A stretch of DNA of 64,000 bases from Alphaproteobacteria bacterium (GCA_964291675.2 OZ219866.1:3104001-3168000), one strand, 5' to 3'. Shown: positions 1 through 12,016, numbered from the stretch's first letter. Numbers and translations: made by a program. Notes: a model not told the origin generated them from the sequence alone.

Positions 1-828
1 TTCGACGACTGCCAGGATTTGGTGAAGGCGATGTTCAACGACGCCCGCTTCCGCGCCGATTGCCGGCTGACCGCGGTGAACTCGATCAACTGGGCGCGGA
101 TCGCCGCCCAGGCGGTCTACTACGTCACCGCCGCGGTCGCGCTCGGCGCGCCCCACCGGCCGGTCGCGTTCTCGGTGCCCACCGGCAATTTCGGCAACGT
201 CTTCGCCGGCTACGCCGCCCGCCGCATGGGCCTGCCGGTCGACCAGCTGGTCATCGCGACCAACCGCAACGACATCCTCGCCCGGTTCCTGGAGACCGGC
301 ACCATGGAGATCGGCGAGGTGGTGCCGACCGTCAGCCCCAGCATGGACATCCAGGTCTCGAGCAATTTCGAGCGCCTGCTGTACGACTTCGTGCGCCGCG
401 ACGGCGCCGCGGTGCGCCGGGCGCTGGACCGCTTCCGCCAGTCCGGGCGGATGACCGTGGCCGCGGTGACCATGGCGCGCATCCGCGAGCTGTTCGCCGC
501 CGGCCGGCGGAGCGACGACGAGACCCGGCGCACCATCGCCCGGGTGTTCGAGGACGCGCATATCATGCTCGACCCGCACACCGCCGTCGGCTACGGCGTC
601 GGACGCGACCGGCGGCGCGACCGCGAAATTCCGCTGATCGCGATGGCGACCGCGCATCCGGCCAAGTTCCCCGAAGCGGTGGAGACCGCGACCGGCATCC
701 GGCCGGAATTGCCGCCCCGCCTCGCCGCGGTGCTGGCGCGGCCCGAACGGGTCGAGACCATGGCCAACGACGTGGCGGCCATAAAAGCACTGGTGCGCGA
801 GAGCATCGGTATCCGGGGCGCGGCATGA
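1..828 (+). CDS. thrC: threonine synthase (5'-truncated by window edge)
   Basis: NSINWAR, VPTGNFG, SPSMDIQVSSNFER, DPHTAVG and ATAHPAKF motifs; frame open from base 1. Confidence 0.95.
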   Translation, partial: FDDCQDLVKAMFNDARFRADCRLTAVNSINWARIAAQAVYYVTAAVALGAPHRPVAFSVPTGNFGNVFAGYAARRMGLPVDQLVIATNRNDILARFLETGTMEIGEVVPTVSPSMDIQVSSNFERLLYDFVRRDGAAVRRALDRFRQSGRMTVAAVTMARIRELFAAGRRSDDETRRTIARVFEDAHIMLDPHTAVGYGVGRDRRRDREIPLIAMATAHPAKFPEAVETATGIRPELPPRLAAVLARPERVETMANDVAAIKALVRESIGIRGAA

Positions 829-2081
829 GCGTCGCCACGACCGCGCTGCCGAACGGGCTCAGGGTCGTCACCCACCGCATGGCGAGCGTCGAGACGGTCT
901 CGCTCGGCGCCTGGATCGATGTCGGGACGCGGCACGAGCGCGCCGAGGTCAACGGCATCGCGCATCTGGTCGAGCACATGGCGTTCAAGGGCACGAGCCG
1001 GCGCTCCGCCCGGGCGATCGCCGAGGAGATCGAATCGGTCGGCGGGCACCTCAACGCCTATACCTCGCGCGAGGTCACCGCCTTCCACGCCACGGTTCTC
1101 GGCGGCGACGAGGGTCTGGCGCTCGACATCATCGCCGACATCCTGCAGCACGCCGTGCTCGACGACCGGGAGCTCGAACGCGAGCGGGCGGTCATCCTGC
1201 GCGAGATCGGCCAGAGCAGCGACACGCCGGAAGACGTCGTCTTCGACGACTTCCAGGCGACCGCGTTCCCGGACCAGCCGGTCGGCCGCCCGACGCTGGG
1301 CACGCCGCAGCTCGTGGGCGCGATCGGCCGGGCCGCGCTGGTCGACTACATCGCCCGCTTCTACACCGCCGGGCGGATCGTCGTCGCGGCGGCCGGCAAG
1401 GTGGACCACGACGATTTCGCGCGCCGTGTCGAGGACGCCTTCGGAGGGCTCCGCGGCGACGCGGTGTCGGCGCCCGAGCCCGCGGTCTATGGCGGCGGCG
1501 ACAGCCGCGTCGTGCGCGAGCTGGAGCAGCTCCACCTGGTGCTCGGGCTGGAGGGCATCGCGCATCGCGATCCCGACTATTACGCGCTCGCGGTGTTCTC
1601 CGCCGGGCTCGGCGGCGGGCTTTCCTCGCGGCTGTTCCAGGACATCAGGGAGGAGCGCGGGCTGGTCTATTCGATCTACAGCTTCAACTCCAGCTACGCC
1701 GATTGCGGGCTGTTCGGCATCTATGCCGGGACCGGGGCCGAGAGCGCGTCCGAGGTGGTCGAGCGAGTCTGCGTCAATCTGAGGACCATGGCCGGCGAGG
1801 TCGACGAGATCGAGCTCGGCCGCGCCCGGGCGCAGCTCAAGGCCGGAATCCTGATGTCGCTGGAGAGCACCGCGTCGCGCGCGGAACAGATCGCGCGCCA
1901 CATGCTGATCTTCGGCCGGGTGCTGGCGACGAGCGAAATCACCGAAGGCGTCGACGCGGTGGACCGCGCCGCGGTGGCGCGGATCTCCGACCGCCTGCGC
2001 GCCGGCCGGCCGACCGTCGCGGTACTCGGCCCCGAGGCCGCGCTGCCGGGCTACGGAGAGATCGTTTCCGCTCTGTCCTAG
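825..2081 (+). CDS. M16 family zinc peptidase (pitrilysin/MPP-like)
   Basis: ATG overlaps thrC stop (ATGA); HLVEH inverted zinc motif, [22 protein letters not shown]. Confidence 0.93.
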   Translation: MSVATTALPNGLRVVTHRMASVETVSLGAWIDVGTRHERAEVNGIAHLVEHMAFKGTSRRSARAIAEEIESVGGHLNAYTSREVTAFHATVLGGDEGLALDIIADILQHAVLDDRELERERAVILREIGQSSDTPEDVVFDDFQATAFPDQPVGRPTLGTPQLVGAIGRAALVDYIARFYTAGRIVVAAAGKVDHDDFARRVEDAFGGLRGDAVSAPEPAVYGGGDSRVVRELEQLHLVLGLEGIAHRDPDYYALAVFSAGLGGGLSSRLFQDIREERGLVYSIYSFNSSYADCGLFGIYAGTGAESASEVVERVCVNLRTMAGEVDEIELGRARAQLKAGILMSLESTASRAEQIARHMLIFGRVLATSEITEGVDAVDRAAVARISDRLRAGRPTVAVLGPEAALPGYGEIVSALS

Positions 2082-2653
2082 GCCCGCCCGGCGGTACCCG
2101 ACAGCATGCTGGCGTCGACGCCGAGCTTGCCGATCGCGCGCTCCCAGCGGTCGTCCAGGCCGGTCCCGAAGATCAGGCCGGAATCGGCCGGCACGGAGAG
2201 CCATCCGTTGCGCTGGAGCTCGTCGTCGAGCTGCCCCGGCCCCCAGCCCGCATAGCCGAGCGCCAGCAGGCTGTGCCGCGGTCCCTGTCCCGCGGCGATC
2301 GCCTTCAATATGTCGATCGTCGCGGTCAGCGCGACGGTCTTGTCGATCACCAGCGTCGCGTCCTGGACGTACTCGGCGGAGTGCAGCACGAAGCCGCGCC
2401 CGGTCTCCACCGGGCCGCCGAAATGGACGTTGATGCCCTGCGGCGCCTCCGACCCGGCGAGGTTGAGCTGGTCGAGAAGGTCGGGGAAGCTGATATTGTC
2501 CATCAGCTTGTTGACCACCAGCCCCATCGCGCCCTCGGAGCTATGGGCGCAAAGATAGATCACCGACTTGACGAAGCGCGGGTCCTCCATCTGCGGCATC
2601 GCGACCAGGAGCTGGCCGGTCAGATAGCCTTCGCCGTCGTCCTCGGCACTCAT
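2078..2653 (-). CDS. YqgE/AlgH family protein
   Basis: [37 protein letters not shown]. Confidence 0.92.
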   Translation of the reverse strand: MSAEDDGEGYLTGQLLVAMPQMEDPRFVKSVIYLCAHSSEGAMGLVVNKLMDNISFPDLLDQLNLAGSEAPQGINVHFGGPVETGRGFVLHSAEYVQDATLVIDKTVALTATIDILKAIAAGQGPRHSLLALGYAGWGPGQLDDELQRNGWLSVPADSGLIFGTGLDDRWERAIGKLGVDASMLSGTAGRA

Positions 2654-2832
2654 AGCACGTCCTCCGGACTGGATCGGATGACGGTCCCGGCTTCCGACGG
2701 ACGGTCGGCGGACACGAAACCGATTGAATTTCCACCGCGCATCGCCGACCTATATATCCGTTGCCGGGGCCGCATCGGCCCTCGCTCGAAGTATAGCCCA
2801 GGATCGGCCGGAACCATAACGGTGCAAACGAC

Positions 2833-4971
2833 GTGATCGGTACCAACAAGTCCCGCCTCGGCGTGGCGCTCGGTCTCGCCGCGCTGGCGCTGTCGCCCTT
2901 GCTCGCCGGCGAGTCGCGGGCCGCCGCTTCCCCGTGGTGGACCAACGAACACGGCGCGGTGCGCCTGATCGCGGAGTCGGACGCCGCCGGCGACGCCCGG
3001 ACGCTCGGCCTCGGCATCCATTTCCGCATGAACCCGGGCTGGAAGATCTACTGGCGGTCGCCGGGCGACGCCGGCTTCCCGCCGCACCCCGACTGGACCG
3101 GCTCGCGCAACCTGGAGGCCGCCGCGCTGTCCTGGCCGGCGCCCGAGCGGTTCTCGGTGGTCGGTCTCGAAACCCTGGGCTATCGCGGCGAGGTCGTCCT
3201 GCCGGTCGATGCCGCGATCGCCCGGCCGGGCGAGGCGCTCTCGGTGCGGGCGCGGATTCCCTATCTCGTCTGCGACGACGTCTGCGTCCCCTATACCGCC
3301 GAGCTCGCCCTCGGATTGCCGGCGGGGGAGGCGGCCCCGTCGCGCGAGGCGGCGCTGATCGACCGGTTCAGCGCCCTGGTGCCGCGCACCGGCGCCGACC
3401 GGCCGATCCGCGTCGCCTCCGCCGCCGCGGTCGGCGGGCCGGTAACGCGGGCGCTCGAGGTCAGCCTCGCCGCCGATGCGCCGCTGGCGCGGCCCGACAT
3501 CTATGTCGAGGGGCCGGATGGCTGGGGGTTCGGCGCGCCCGACTACCGGATCGGCGAGGACGGCAAGACCGCCTTCGCCCGGATCGCAGCGCTCGCCCCG
3601 CCCAAGGGCGGCAGCCTGGCGGGCCGCGAAATCCGCTTCACCGTGGTCGACGGCGAGCGCGCCGCCGAGCAGGTTCTGGCGCTGGCCGCCGCGCAGACCG
3701 CTTCGCCCGGCTCCGCCCAGGCCATGGACCTGTCGCTGTGGACGGTGCTCCTGCTGGCGGTGGCGGGCGGGCTGATCCTCAATCTGATGCCCTGCGTGCT
3801 GCCCGTCCTCTCGCTCAAGCTGCTGTCCGCGGTGAGCCATGGCGGCGGCGACCGGGGCGAGGTGCGCGCCGGCTTCGTCGCCTCGGCGGCGGGGATCGTG
3901 GTCTCCTTCCTGGTGCTCGCCAGCTTCGTCGCGGGGTTGCGGCTGGCCGGCGAGACGGTCGGCTGGGGCGTCCAGTTCCAGCAGCCCCTGTTCCTCGCCG
4001 TCATGGCGGTGATCGTCACCCTGTTCTCCGCCAACCTCTTCGGATTGTTCGAGATCCGCCTGCCCGGCGCGGTCGCCGACATGGCCGCCGGGGCGGGCGG
4101 CCGGCGCGTCCAGGGCAGGATGGGGCATTTCCTCACCGGGGTTTTCGCGACCCTGCTGGCCACCCCGTGCTCGGCGCCGTTCCTCGGCACCGCCGTCAGC
4201 TTCGCGCTCATGCGCGGCGCGGCCGAGATCTACGCCGTGTTCCTGTGCCTCGGAATCGGCCTCGCGCTGCCCTATCTCGCGGGCGCCGCGTTTCCCGGCA
4301 TCGCCACGCGGCTGCCGCGCCCCGGGCAATGGATGGTGACGCTCAGGCGCGGCCTGGGGGTCCTGCTGCTGGCGACGGCGCTGTGGCTGGTGACGGTGCT
4401 TGCGGTCCAGCTCGGGGCGTGGCAGGCGGTCGCCGTCGGCGCGGCGCTGGCGGCGCTGCTCGCCGGCCTCGTGCTCGCCCGGCCGGGCGCCGGGACGACG
4501 CGGCGGGCGGGGCGCGGCCTCGCCGGCGCGGCGGCCGCGGCGGCGCTGGCGCTCGCCATCTGGCCCGGCGCGGGGTCCGGCCGCGCCGCGAGCGTCGCCG
4601 CCCACTGGATGCCGTTCGAGCGCCAGGCGATCGCCTCGGCGGTGGAATCGGGCAAGGTGGTGTTCGTCGACGTCACCGCCGACTGGTGCATCACCTGCCA
4701 GGTCAACAAGGCGCTGGTGCTCAACAACCGGGCCGTCAGCGAGCGGCTGACCGGCGATCGCGTGGTGGCGATGGTCGCCGACTGGACCCGGCCGAGCGAC
4801 GAGATCGACGCCTATCTCAAGTCGTTCGGCCGTTTCGGCATTCCGTTCAACGCGGTCTACGGGCCGGCGCGCCCCGGCGGCGAGCCGTTGCCCGAGCTGC
4901 TGACCGAGTCGACGGTGCTGGAGGCGATCGACCGCGCGGCCGGCACCGCGCCGCGGATCGCCGAACGCTGA
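2833..4971 (+). CDS. DsbD/ScsB-like thiol:disulfide interchange membrane protein
   Basis: signal peptide, GWKIYWRSPGDAG, CDDVC, NLMPCVLP, ATPCSAP, C-terminal thioredoxin ADWCITC. Confidence 0.9.
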   Translation: MIGTNKSRLGVALGLAALALSPLLAGESRAAASPWWTNEHGAVRLIAESDAAGDARTLGLGIHFRMNPGWKIYWRSPGDAGFPPHPDWTGSRNLEAAALSWPAPERFSVVGLETLGYRGEVVLPVDAAIARPGEALSVRARIPYLVCDDVCVPYTAELALGLPAGEAAPSREAALIDRFSALVPRTGADRPIRVASAAAVGGPVTRALEVSLAADAPLARPDIYVEGPDGWGFGAPDYRIGEDGKTAFARIAALAPPKGGSLAGREIRFTVVDGERAAEQVLALAAAQTASPGSAQAMDLSLWTVLLLAVAGGLILNLMPCVLPVLSLKLLSAVSHGGGDRGEVRAGFVASAAGIVVSFLVLASFVAGLRLAGETVGWGVQFQQPLFLAVMAVIVTLFSANLFGLFEIRLPGAVADMAAGAGGRRVQGRMGHFLTGVFATLLATPCSAPFLGTAVSFALMRGAAEIYAVFLCLGIGLALPYLAGAAFPGIATRLPRPGQWMVTLRRGLGVLLLATALWLVTVLAVQLGAWQAVAVGAALAALLAGLVLARPGAGTTRRAGRGLAGAAAAAALALAIWPGAGSGRAASVAAHWMPFERQAIASAVESGKVVFVDVTADWCITCQVNKALVLNNRAVSERLTGDRVVAMVADWTRPSDEIDAYLKSFGRFGIPFNAVYGPARPGGEPLPELLTESTVLEAIDRAAGTAPRIAER

Positions 4972-5054
4972 CCGGGCATGCACCCCCGGCCGGGGTGACA
5001 AGCGGCCGCCGATCCCTTATTTCAGCGGGGATTCACACCAGCCAGGGGCATGAC

Positions 5055-5537
5055 ATGACGATTCAGGTCGGCGACAGGATTCCTTCCGCAACCCTGACCG
5101 CGATGGGCTCGGACGGCCCGGGGCCGGTTACCACCGAGGAGCTTTTCTCCGGCAAGAAGGTCGTGCTGTTCGCCGTGCCCGGCGCGTTCACGCCCACCTG
5201 CTCGGCCAAGCACCTGCCCAGCTTCGTGGAGCAGGCGGCGGCGATCAAGGACAAGGGCGTCGACACCATCGCCTGCGTCGCCGTCAACGACGTGTTCGTG
5301 ATGGATGCCTGGGGCAAGAGCCAGGATGTCGGCGACAAGGTGCGGATGCTGGCCGACGGCAGCGCCGACTTCGCCCGCGCGCTCGATGTCGAGCTCGACC
5401 TCGTCGGGCGCGGGCTCGGCGTGCGGTCGCGCCGCTACTCGATGATCGTGGAAGACGGAACCGTCACCAGCCTCAACCTCGAAGAGGGCGGCGGCTACGA
5501 GGTCAGCGACGCCGGCACCATCCTCGGCCAGCTCTGA
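5055..5537 (+). CDS. peroxiredoxin, Prx5-like
   Basis: PGAFTPTCS, VNDVFVM..W, RSRRYSM; ATG at 5055. Confidence 0.93.
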   Translation: MTIQVGDRIPSATLTAMGSDGPGPVTTEELFSGKKVVLFAVPGAFTPTCSAKHLPSFVEQAAAIKDKGVDTIACVAVNDVFVMDAWGKSQDVGDKVRMLADGSADFARALDVELDLVGRGLGVRSRRYSMIVEDGTVTSLNLEEGGGYEVSDAGTILGQL

Positions 5538-5542
5538 TCCCT

Positions 5543-5995
5543 TCAGGCCCGGGCATCGGCCTCGCGCTGCTGCGCGAGGCCCTTGCGCGCAAGCGCGTCG
5601 GCGCGCTCGTTGTCCGGGTGGCCGGCATGGCCCTTCACCCAGCGCCAGTCGATCCGGTGCCCGGCGGCCAGCGCGTCCAGCCTCTTCCATAGATCGACGT
5701 TTTTGACCGGCTTCTTCGCCGCCGTCTTCCAGCCATTGGCCTTCCAGCCCCGGATCCAGCGCGTGATCCCGTCCCGCAGATAGACGCTGTCGGTATGGAG
5801 GCGCACCCGCGAGGGGCGCTTCAGCGCCTCGATCGCCTTGATCGCCGCCATCAGCTCCATCCGGTTGTTGGTCGTCGCCGCCGCGCCGCCGCACAGCTCC
5901 TTCTCCGAGGCGCCGTGGCGCAGCACCGCCCCCCAGCCGCCCGGGCCCGGGTTCCCGCTGCACGCGCCGTCGGTGAAGATGTCGACCACGCTCAT
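5543..5995 (-). CDS. rnhA: ribonuclease HI
   Basis: [38 protein letters not shown]; start overlaps thrB stop. Confidence 0.96.
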   Translation of the reverse strand: MSVVDIFTDGACSGNPGPGGWGAVLRHGASEKELCGGAAATTNNRMELMAAIKAIEALKRPSRVRLHTDSVYLRDGITRWIRGWKANGWKTAAKKPVKNVDLWKRLDALAAGHRIDWRWVKGHAGHPDNERADALARKGLAQQREADARA

Positions 5996-6957
5996 CCGTC
6001 GAGCCCGTAGGCGCCGGGGCCGGCGGCGCCCCGGTGGAAGCGGAGCTTGTGCAGATATTCGAGCGGGTCCTTGCGGCCCACCAGGACGCCGTCGGGCGGG
6101 AACAGCGCGTCGTGCAGGCGGGTCAGCAGGAACCTCAGCGCCGCGCCGCGCGCGAGGATCGGCAGCGCGGCGATCTCGCCCGGGTCCAGCTCGCGCACCG
6201 CGCGATATCCGTCGATCATCCGCCGCGCCCTGGCGGCGTTGAAGCTGAAATCCGCCTCGAAGCACCAGGCGTTGAGGCACACGGCCAGCTCATAGGCATA
6301 GAAGTCGTTGCAGGCAAAGTAGAAGTCGATCATCCCCGACAACCTGCCGCCGAGGAAGAACACGTTGTCCGGGAACAGATCGGCGTGGATGATGCCGCTC
6401 GCCGCCTCCGCCGGCCAGTGCCGGGCGAGAAAGCCGAGCTCGTCGTCGATCTCCGCGGCGAGGCCGGGGGCGATGTCGCCCGCCGAACCCCGGCAGGTCT
6501 CGAACAGCGGCCCCCAGCCCGACGGGCCCAGCGCGTTGCGCCGCCGCATCGAAAAATCCGCGCCCGCCCGGTGCATCGCCGCCATCGCGCCGCCCAGCGC
6601 GGCGCAGTGCGCGGGCGCGATGTTGCGCACGCACATGCCGTGCAGGAAGGTCACGATCGCCGCCGGCCGGCCGCACAGCTCGCGCAGCGCCTCGCCGTCG
6701 CGCCCGCGAACCGGGGTCGGGCAGGCGATGCCGCGGCCCGCGAGATGGTCCATCAGCCCGAGAAAGAAGGGCAGGTCCTCCGGCGCCACGCGGCGCTCGT
6801 ACAGCGTCAGGATGTACGAGCCCCGCTCGGTCTGGAGCAGGTAGTTGGAGTTCTCGATCCCCTCCGCGATTCCCTTGCAGGCCAGCACGCCGCCGATGTC
6901 GTAGGCGGCCACGAAGGCTTCGAGCGCATCGTCCGGAACGTCGGTATAGACCGCCAT
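5992..6957 (-). CDS. thrB: homoserine kinase type II
   Basis: [29 protein letters not shown]; ispH-thrB-rnhA order. Confidence 0.94.
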   Translation of the reverse strand: MAVYTDVPDDALEAFVAAYDIGGVLACKGIAEGIENSNYLLQTERGSYILTLYERRVAPEDLPFFLGLMDHLAGRGIACPTPVRGRDGEALRELCGRPAAIVTFLHGMCVRNIAPAHCAALGGAMAAMHRAGADFSMRRRNALGPSGWGPLFETCRGSAGDIAPGLAAEIDDELGFLARHWPAEAASGIIHADLFPDNVFFLGGRLSGMIDFYFACNDFYAYELAVCLNAWCFEADFSFNAARARRMIDGYRAVRELDPGEIAALPILARGAALRFLLTRLHDALFPPDGVLVGRKDPLEYLHKLRFHRGAAGPGAYGLDG

Positions 6958-6976
6958 GTCGCCGCCGGCGGCCGCC

Positions 6977-7921
6977 TCAGGCCGTGAGCGCTCGCGGCAG
7001 GCTGAACTCGACCGACTCCTCGATCGACGAGACCTCCTCGACCGTCACGTCGAACAGCGTGCGGCAACGATCGATCAGCTCCTCGACCAGGACCTCGGGC
7101 GCCGATGCGCCGGCCGTCACCCCGAGCGCGGCCACGCCGTCCAGCCAGGCGGGGTCCAATTCGCTCGCGCGCTGCACCAGCACCGCCTTGTCGCATCCCG
7201 CGGCGCGCGCCACTTCGACGAGGCGCCGGGAGTTGGACGAGTACGGCGCGCCGATCACCGCGAGCGCGTCGCAGCGCCCGGCGATCGCCTTGACCGCGGC
7301 CTGCCGGTTGGTGGTGGCGTAGCAGATGTCTTCCTTGCGCGGCGGCTCGATCGCCGGGAAGCGCGCCTTGAGCGCCTTCACGATGGCCTCGGTGTCGTCG
7401 ACCGACAGCGTGGTCTGGGTGACGTAGGAGAGCCGCCCGGGATCGTCGACCTCGACGGTACGGGCCTGCTCCACGGTCTCCACCAGAACGATGCTGCCTG
7501 CGGGGAGCTGGCCCATGGTTCCGATCACCTCGGGATGGCCGGCGTGGCCGATCAGGATGACCTGCCGCCCCTCGCGCTCGTGGCGCTGCGCGTCGACATG
7601 CACCTTGGTGACCAGCGGACAGGTCGCGTCGAGATAGAACAGCTCGCGCGAATCGGCCTCGGAGAACACCGCCTTGGCGACGCCATGGGCGCTGAACACC
7701 ACCGGCACGCCGTCGGGCACCTCGTCCAGCTCCTCGACGAAGACCGCGCCCTTCTGCTCCAGCGCCTCGACCACGTAGCGGTTGTGGACGATCTCGTGGC
7801 GCACATAGACCGGCGCGCCGTATTTGCGAAGCGCCAGCTCGACGATGTTGATCGCCCGGTCGACCCCGGCGCAGAAGCCGCGCGGCCCGGCGAGAAGGAT
7901 TTTCAGCGATGGCTTCTGCAT
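6977..7921 (-). CDS. ispH: 4-hydroxy-3-methylbut-2-enyl diphosphate reductase
   Basis: [31 protein letters not shown]. Confidence 0.96.
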   Translation of the reverse strand: MQKPSLKILLAGPRGFCAGVDRAINIVELALRKYGAPVYVRHEIVHNRYVVEALEQKGAVFVEELDEVPDGVPVVFSAHGVAKAVFSEADSRELFYLDATCPLVTKVHVDAQRHEREGRQVILIGHAGHPEVIGTMGQLPAGSIVLVETVEQARTVEVDDPGRLSYVTQTTLSVDDTEAIVKALKARFPAIEPPRKEDICYATTNRQAAVKAIAGRCDALAVIGAPYSSNSRRLVEVARAAGCDKAVLVQRASELDPAWLDGVAALGVTAGASAPEVLVEELIDRCRTLFDVTVEEVSSIEESVEFSLPRALTA

Positions 7922-8020
7922 GTGCTGCCGACCCCGTTCCAACCGCTCCCTTGAGGATCGCCGGCCGGAACACTAGATTGCCGGGGATACCATAGCGGCA
8001 TTCGGATAGGAAGCTTGGTC

Positions 8021-8260
8021 ATGGCGGAACCGGTCATCGCGCAAAAGGAGCCCTACGGCATCGAGGTCGAGACGGGCACCGAGTACTGGTGGTGCGCCTG
8101 CGGGCGCAGCAGCTCCCAGCCGTTCTGCGACGGCTCGCACAAGGGCACCGGCATGGCGCCCATGCAGTACGAGGCCAAGGCCGACCGGACGGTCTGGTTC
8201 TGCGGCTGCAAGAGCACGTCCAACAAGCCGGTCTGCGACGGTACCCATAACGACCTCTAG
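8021..8260 (+). CDS. CDGSH iron-sulfur domain protein (two CDGSH motifs)
   Basis: WCACGRSSSQPFCDGSH and FCGCKSTSNKPVCDGTH. Confidence 0.92.
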   Translation: MAEPVIAQKEPYGIEVETGTEYWWCACGRSSSQPFCDGSHKGTGMAPMQYEAKADRTVWFCGCKSTSNKPVCDGTHNDL

Positions 8261-8266
8261 GGTCCG

Positions 8267-8851
8267 ATGGCAGGTCCGAGAGGCGGTCGTTCAGTGCTGT
8301 CCCGCCGCCGGGTCGCAATCCTGCTGGCGGCGTGCGCAACGCCGCTCGCCATCCATGGCTGCGGTGGCGACGCCGGGCGGGCGGAGCGGATCTGCCCGCG
8401 GGTCGAGATCCTCGAACACGCCGACCGGCTGACCGAATTCCGCTCCGGCGCGGGGCGCGACGTGACCGACGTGGTGGTGCGCGGCCGGCTGGTCGATTTC
8501 GCCGGCGAATGCGAGATCGAGGAGGATTCGGTCGAGGTCGATCTGGTCGTCGAGTTCGCGCTCGACCGCGGCCCCGCCAACCGCGCCGGCAAGGCGCGGT
8601 TCGCCCATTTCGTCGCCATCCAGGAGTTCCACCCCGACCCCGCCGGCAAGCGCGTCTTTCCCGTCGAGATCGACTTCGAGGCGGGCCGCGACCGGGCCCT
8701 GTTCCGGGATCGGGTGGCGATTTCGATCCCGCTCGCCGGCGGGCGCAGCGCCAGGGACTACAACGTCTTCATCGGCTTTCAGCTCGACCGCGGCCAGCTC
8801 GACTACAACCGGTCGGGCGGCGCCCGGCGGCCGGTTCGCGGGGGCGGTTGA
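8267..8851 (+). CDS. hypothetical lipoprotein
   Basis: basic/hydrophobic N-terminus with Cys; CPRV motif; C-terminal IGFQL..QLDYN; start uncertain. Confidence 0.65.
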   Translation: MAGPRGGRSVLSRRRVAILLAACATPLAIHGCGGDAGRAERICPRVEILEHADRLTEFRSGAGRDVTDVVVRGRLVDFAGECEIEEDSVEVDLVVEFALDRGPANRAGKARFAHFVAIQEFHPDPAGKRVFPVEIDFEAGRDRALFRDRVAISIPLAGGRSARDYNVFIGFQLDRGQLDYNRSGGARRPVRGGG

Positions 8852-8914
8852 CGCGGACTCCCCGCCCCATAAGATAGGGCATGTCCGGCCACGGGTCGGA
8901 TGCTGCGCTACACA

Positions 8915-9112
8915 GACGACCCCCGCGGGAGAGTTCGGTCTCGCACCGGCGCCGAAGGAGCAAGGGCCCCGGAAACTCTCAGGCAAACGGACCGCGGGTT
9001 GATGTGTCTCTGGAAAGCGGGCCGCCGCGCCGTCGGGCGAGCGGTCCCACCGAAGGGGTAAGCGGGACGAAACCGTCCCGTGATTCTCTCAGGTCCACGG
9101 ACAGAGGGGGCG
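8915..9112 (+). ncRNA. tandem glycine riboswitch
   Basis: two aptamers: GGGAGAG..GCCGAAGGAGCAA..AACTCTCAGG and CTCTGGAAAG..ACCGAAGGGGTAA..TCTCAGG..GACAGAG, directly upstream of gcvT; TTGACG at 8848 upstream. Confidence 0.92.
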
Positions 9113-9153
9113 CGCGGCGCTATACGCGCGCGTGCTTTCTGCCGGAGGACCCG

Positions 9154-10266
9154 ATGAGCGATCCCGAATCCGCTCCCGCCAGGCCGACCCCGCTGACCGG
9201 TCTGCATCGCGCCCTCGGCGCCAGGATGGCGCCGTTCGCCGGCTACGACATGCCGATCCGCTACGCCGGCGGGATCGTCGAAGAACATTTGCACACGCGA
9301 AGCGCGGCGTCGCTGTTCGACGTCTCGCATATGGGCCAGCTCACGATCCGCGGCGCCGGCCGGGCCGGCGCGCTGGAGGCGCTGGTGCCGGGCGACATCG
9401 CCGGGCTCGCCCCGGGGCGGATGCGCTACACGATGCTGACCGACGAGGCGGGCGGCATCCTCGACGACCTGATCGTCACCAATGTCGGGGACTACCTGTT
9501 CGTCGTCGTCAACGCCGCCCGCAAGGACGCCGACATCGCCCATTTGCGCGACGCGCTGCCCGGTGGATGCGTCGTCGAGGCGCTCGACCGGGGGCTGGTG
9601 GCGCTGCAAGGTCCGCAGGCGGCCGCCGTCCTCGCCCGGCTGGCGCCGGGCGCCGAGGCGCTCCCCTTCATGAGCGCCGCGCCCTTCGAGATCGACGGCG
9701 CGAAGCTCGCGGTCACCCGGTCCGGCTATACCGGCGAGGACGGGTTCGAGATCTCCATCCCGGCCGGCGACACCGAACGCATCGCCCGCCTGCTGCTCGA
9801 CCAGAAGGAGGTCGAGCCGGCCGGGCTCGGCGCGCGCGACACGCTACGGCTGGAAGCCGGGCTCTGCCTCTACGGCCAGGATATCGACCGGACCGCCACG
9901 CCGGTCGAGGCCGGGCTCGCCTGGACCGTCTCCAGGCGCAGGCGGGCGGAAGGCGGCTTTCCCGGCGCCCGCGTCATCCTCGACCAGCTCGCCTCGGGTC
10001 CGCCGCGCCGCCGCGTCGGCATCCGGCCCGACGGGCGCGCCCCGGCGCGCGCGCACACGACGATCCGAGAGGCCGGCGGCGAGGCGATCGGCGAGATCAC
10101 CAGCGGCGGCTTCGGGCCGAGCGTCGGCGGCCCGGTGGCGATGGGCTATGTCGACGCCCGGGCGGGCGAAGCGGGAAGGGCGGTCGAGGTCGTGGTGCGC
10201 GGCCGGCCGCTGCCCGCCCGCGTCGCCGCGCTGCCGTTCGTTCCGCACCGCTACTTCAAGGGCTAG
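9154..10266 (+). CDS. gcvT: glycine cleavage system T protein
   Basis: FAGYDMP, FDVSHMG, RSGYTGEDGFE, GLGARDTLRLEAG; GGAGG RBS. Confidence 0.96.
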   Translation: MSDPESAPARPTPLTGLHRALGARMAPFAGYDMPIRYAGGIVEEHLHTRSAASLFDVSHMGQLTIRGAGRAGALEALVPGDIAGLAPGRMRYTMLTDEAGGILDDLIVTNVGDYLFVVVNAARKDADIAHLRDALPGGCVVEALDRGLVALQGPQAAAVLARLAPGAEALPFMSAAPFEIDGAKLAVTRSGYTGEDGFEISIPAGDTERIARLLLDQKEVEPAGLGARDTLRLEAGLCLYGQDIDRTATPVEAGLAWTVSRRRRAEGGFPGARVILDQLASGPPRRRVGIRPDGRAPARAHTTIREAGGEAIGEITSGGFGPSVGGPVAMGYVDARAGEAGRAVEVVVRGRPLPARVAALPFVPHRYFKG

Positions 10267-10278
10267 GGGGACAGGGAA

Positions 10279-10653
10279 ATGGCCGACCTCAGATACAGCG
10301 AAGAGCATGAATGGGTCCGCGTCGAAGGCGATATCGCGGTGATCGGGATTTCCGACTACGCGCAGGACCAGCTCGGCGACGTGGTGTTCGTCGAGCTCCC
10401 CGAGCCCGGCCTGGCGGTCGCCCAGGGCGACGAGGCGGCGGTCGTCGAGTCGGTCAAGGCGGCGAGCGAGGTCTATGCGCCGGTGAGCGGCGAGGTGGTC
10501 GAGGTCAACGAGCCGCTGGCCGACGATCCCGGGCTGGTCAACCGCGAGCCGACCGGCGGCGGCTGGTTTCTCAAGGTGAGGATGTCCGATCCGGAGGAGG
10601 TCGACGCCCTGCTCGACGAACCGGCCTACCGGAACTTCGTGTCCACCCTCTGA
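10279..10653 (+). CDS. gcvH: glycine cleavage system H protein
   Basis: [14 protein letters not shown], lipoyl-Lys ESVKAAS. Confidence 0.97.
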   Translation: MADLRYSEEHEWVRVEGDIAVIGISDYAQDQLGDVVFVELPEPGLAVAQGDEAAVVESVKAASEVYAPVSGEVVEVNEPLADDPGLVNREPTGGGWFLKVRMSDPEEVDALLDEPAYRNFVSTL

Positions 10654-10672
10654 CCCGCGGAAAGGCAGAGCG

Positions 10673-12016
10673 ATGCGCTACCTCCCGCTGACCGAGTCCG
10701 ACCGCCGGGCGATGCTCGCCGCGATCGGCGTAGCTTCCGTCGACAGCCTGTTCCGCGACGTGCCCGAGGCGGCCCGCGACCCGGTCTTCGACCTGCCCGA
10801 CCATGCCGGCGAGATCGAGGTCGAGCGCGCGCTCGGCGCGCTTGCCGCGCAAAACCTCGCCGCCGGCTCGGCGCCGTTCTTTCTCGGCGCCGGCGCCTAT
10901 CGCCACCACGTGCCGGCGAGCGTGGACGCGCTGATCCAGCGCGGCGAGTTCCTCACCTCCTACACCCCCTACCAGCCGGAGATCTCGCAGGGCACGCTGC
11001 AGGCGCTGTTCGAGTTCCAGACCCAGGTCGCGCTGATCGCCGGCCTCGATGTCGCCAACGCGTCGATGTATGACGGCGCCACCGCCTGCCTGGAGGCGGT
11101 CGGCATGGCGCGCCGCGTCACGAGGCGGCGCCGCGTGGTGGTCTCCGGCGCGCTGCATCCGCAATACCGCGAGGTGACCGAGACCGGGCTCAGATTCCTC
11201 GATGCCGAGCTCGACTGCCCGGCGCCCGATTTCGACGGCACCGAGTCGCTGGCCGGCAGGATCGACCAAGACACCGCCTGCGCCGTCGTGCAGTATCCCG
11301 ATTTCTTCGGCCGGGTGCGCGATCTCGCGCCGCTCGCCGAGGCCTGCCACGAGGCGGGCGCGCTGCTGATCGTCGCGGTGACCGAGGCGGTGGCGCTCGG
11401 CGCGCTCAGATCCCCCGGCGAGATGGGGGCCGACATCGTCGCCGCCGAAGGCAAGTCGCTCGGCAACCCGCTCACCTTCGGCGGACCCTATGTCGGGCTG
11501 TTCGCCTGCCGCGACCGCCATGTCCGGCAGATGCCGGGACGGCTGGCCGGCGAGGCGCTGGACGCGGACGGAAGGCGCGGCTGGGTGCTGACGCTCGCCA
11601 CCCGCGAGCAGCATATCCGGCGCGAGAAGTCGACCAGCAACATCTGCACCAATTCGGGGCTCTGCGCGCTCGCCTTCGCCATCCATCTGAGCCTGCTCGG
11701 CGAGGCCGGGTTCGTCCGGCTCGCGCGCCTCAACCACGCCCGCGCCGTGGCGCTCGCCGAGCGGCTCGACGCGGTCCCCGGCGCGGCGGTGGTGAACGAG
11801 AGCTTCTTCAACGAATTCACTCTCCGCCTCGACCGTCCCGCCGCCGGGGTGGTCGACGCGCTCGCCGCGCGCGGCGTGCTCGCGGGCGTGCCGGTGTCCC
11901 GCCTGCTGCCGGGCGAGGCCGGCGCGGCGCCGCTGCTGCTGGTCGCCGCCACCGAGACCGTGTCGGAGGACGACATGGCGGCGCTCGAAGCCGCGCTCCG
12001 GGAGGTCCTGCGATGA
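10673..12016 (+). CDS. gcvPA: glycine dehydrogenase subunit 1
   Basis: [37 protein letters not shown]. Confidence 0.96.
   Translation: MRYLPLTESDRRAMLAAIGVASVDSLFRDVPEAARDPVFDLPDHAGEIEVERALGALAAQNLAAGSAPFFLGAGAYRHHVPASVDALIQRGEFLTSYTPYQPEISQGTLQALFEFQTQVALIAGLDVANASMYDGATACLEAVGMARRVTRRRRVVVSGALHPQYREVTETGLRFLDAELDCPAPDFDGTESLAGRIDQDTACAVVQYPDFFGRVRDLAPLAEACHEAGALLIVAVTEAVALGALRSPGEMGADIVAAEGKSLGNPLTFGGPYVGLFACRDRHVRQMPGRLAGEALDADGRRGWVLTLATREQHIRREKSTSNICTNSGLCALAFAIHLSLLGEAGFVRLARLNHARAVALAERLDAVPGAAVVNESFFNEFTLRLDRPAAGVVDALAARGVLAGVPVSRLLPGEAGAAPLLLVAATETVSEDDMAALEAALREVLR

Noticed and set aside
60-2081. 673-aa ORF suggesting a thrC-peptidase fusion; likewise 2934-5537, 19316-22675, 22681-24846 and 51183-52649
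   Set aside because: N-terminal parts are off-frame Arg/Pro-rich read-through; real starts are internal, often in ATGA/GTGA overlaps
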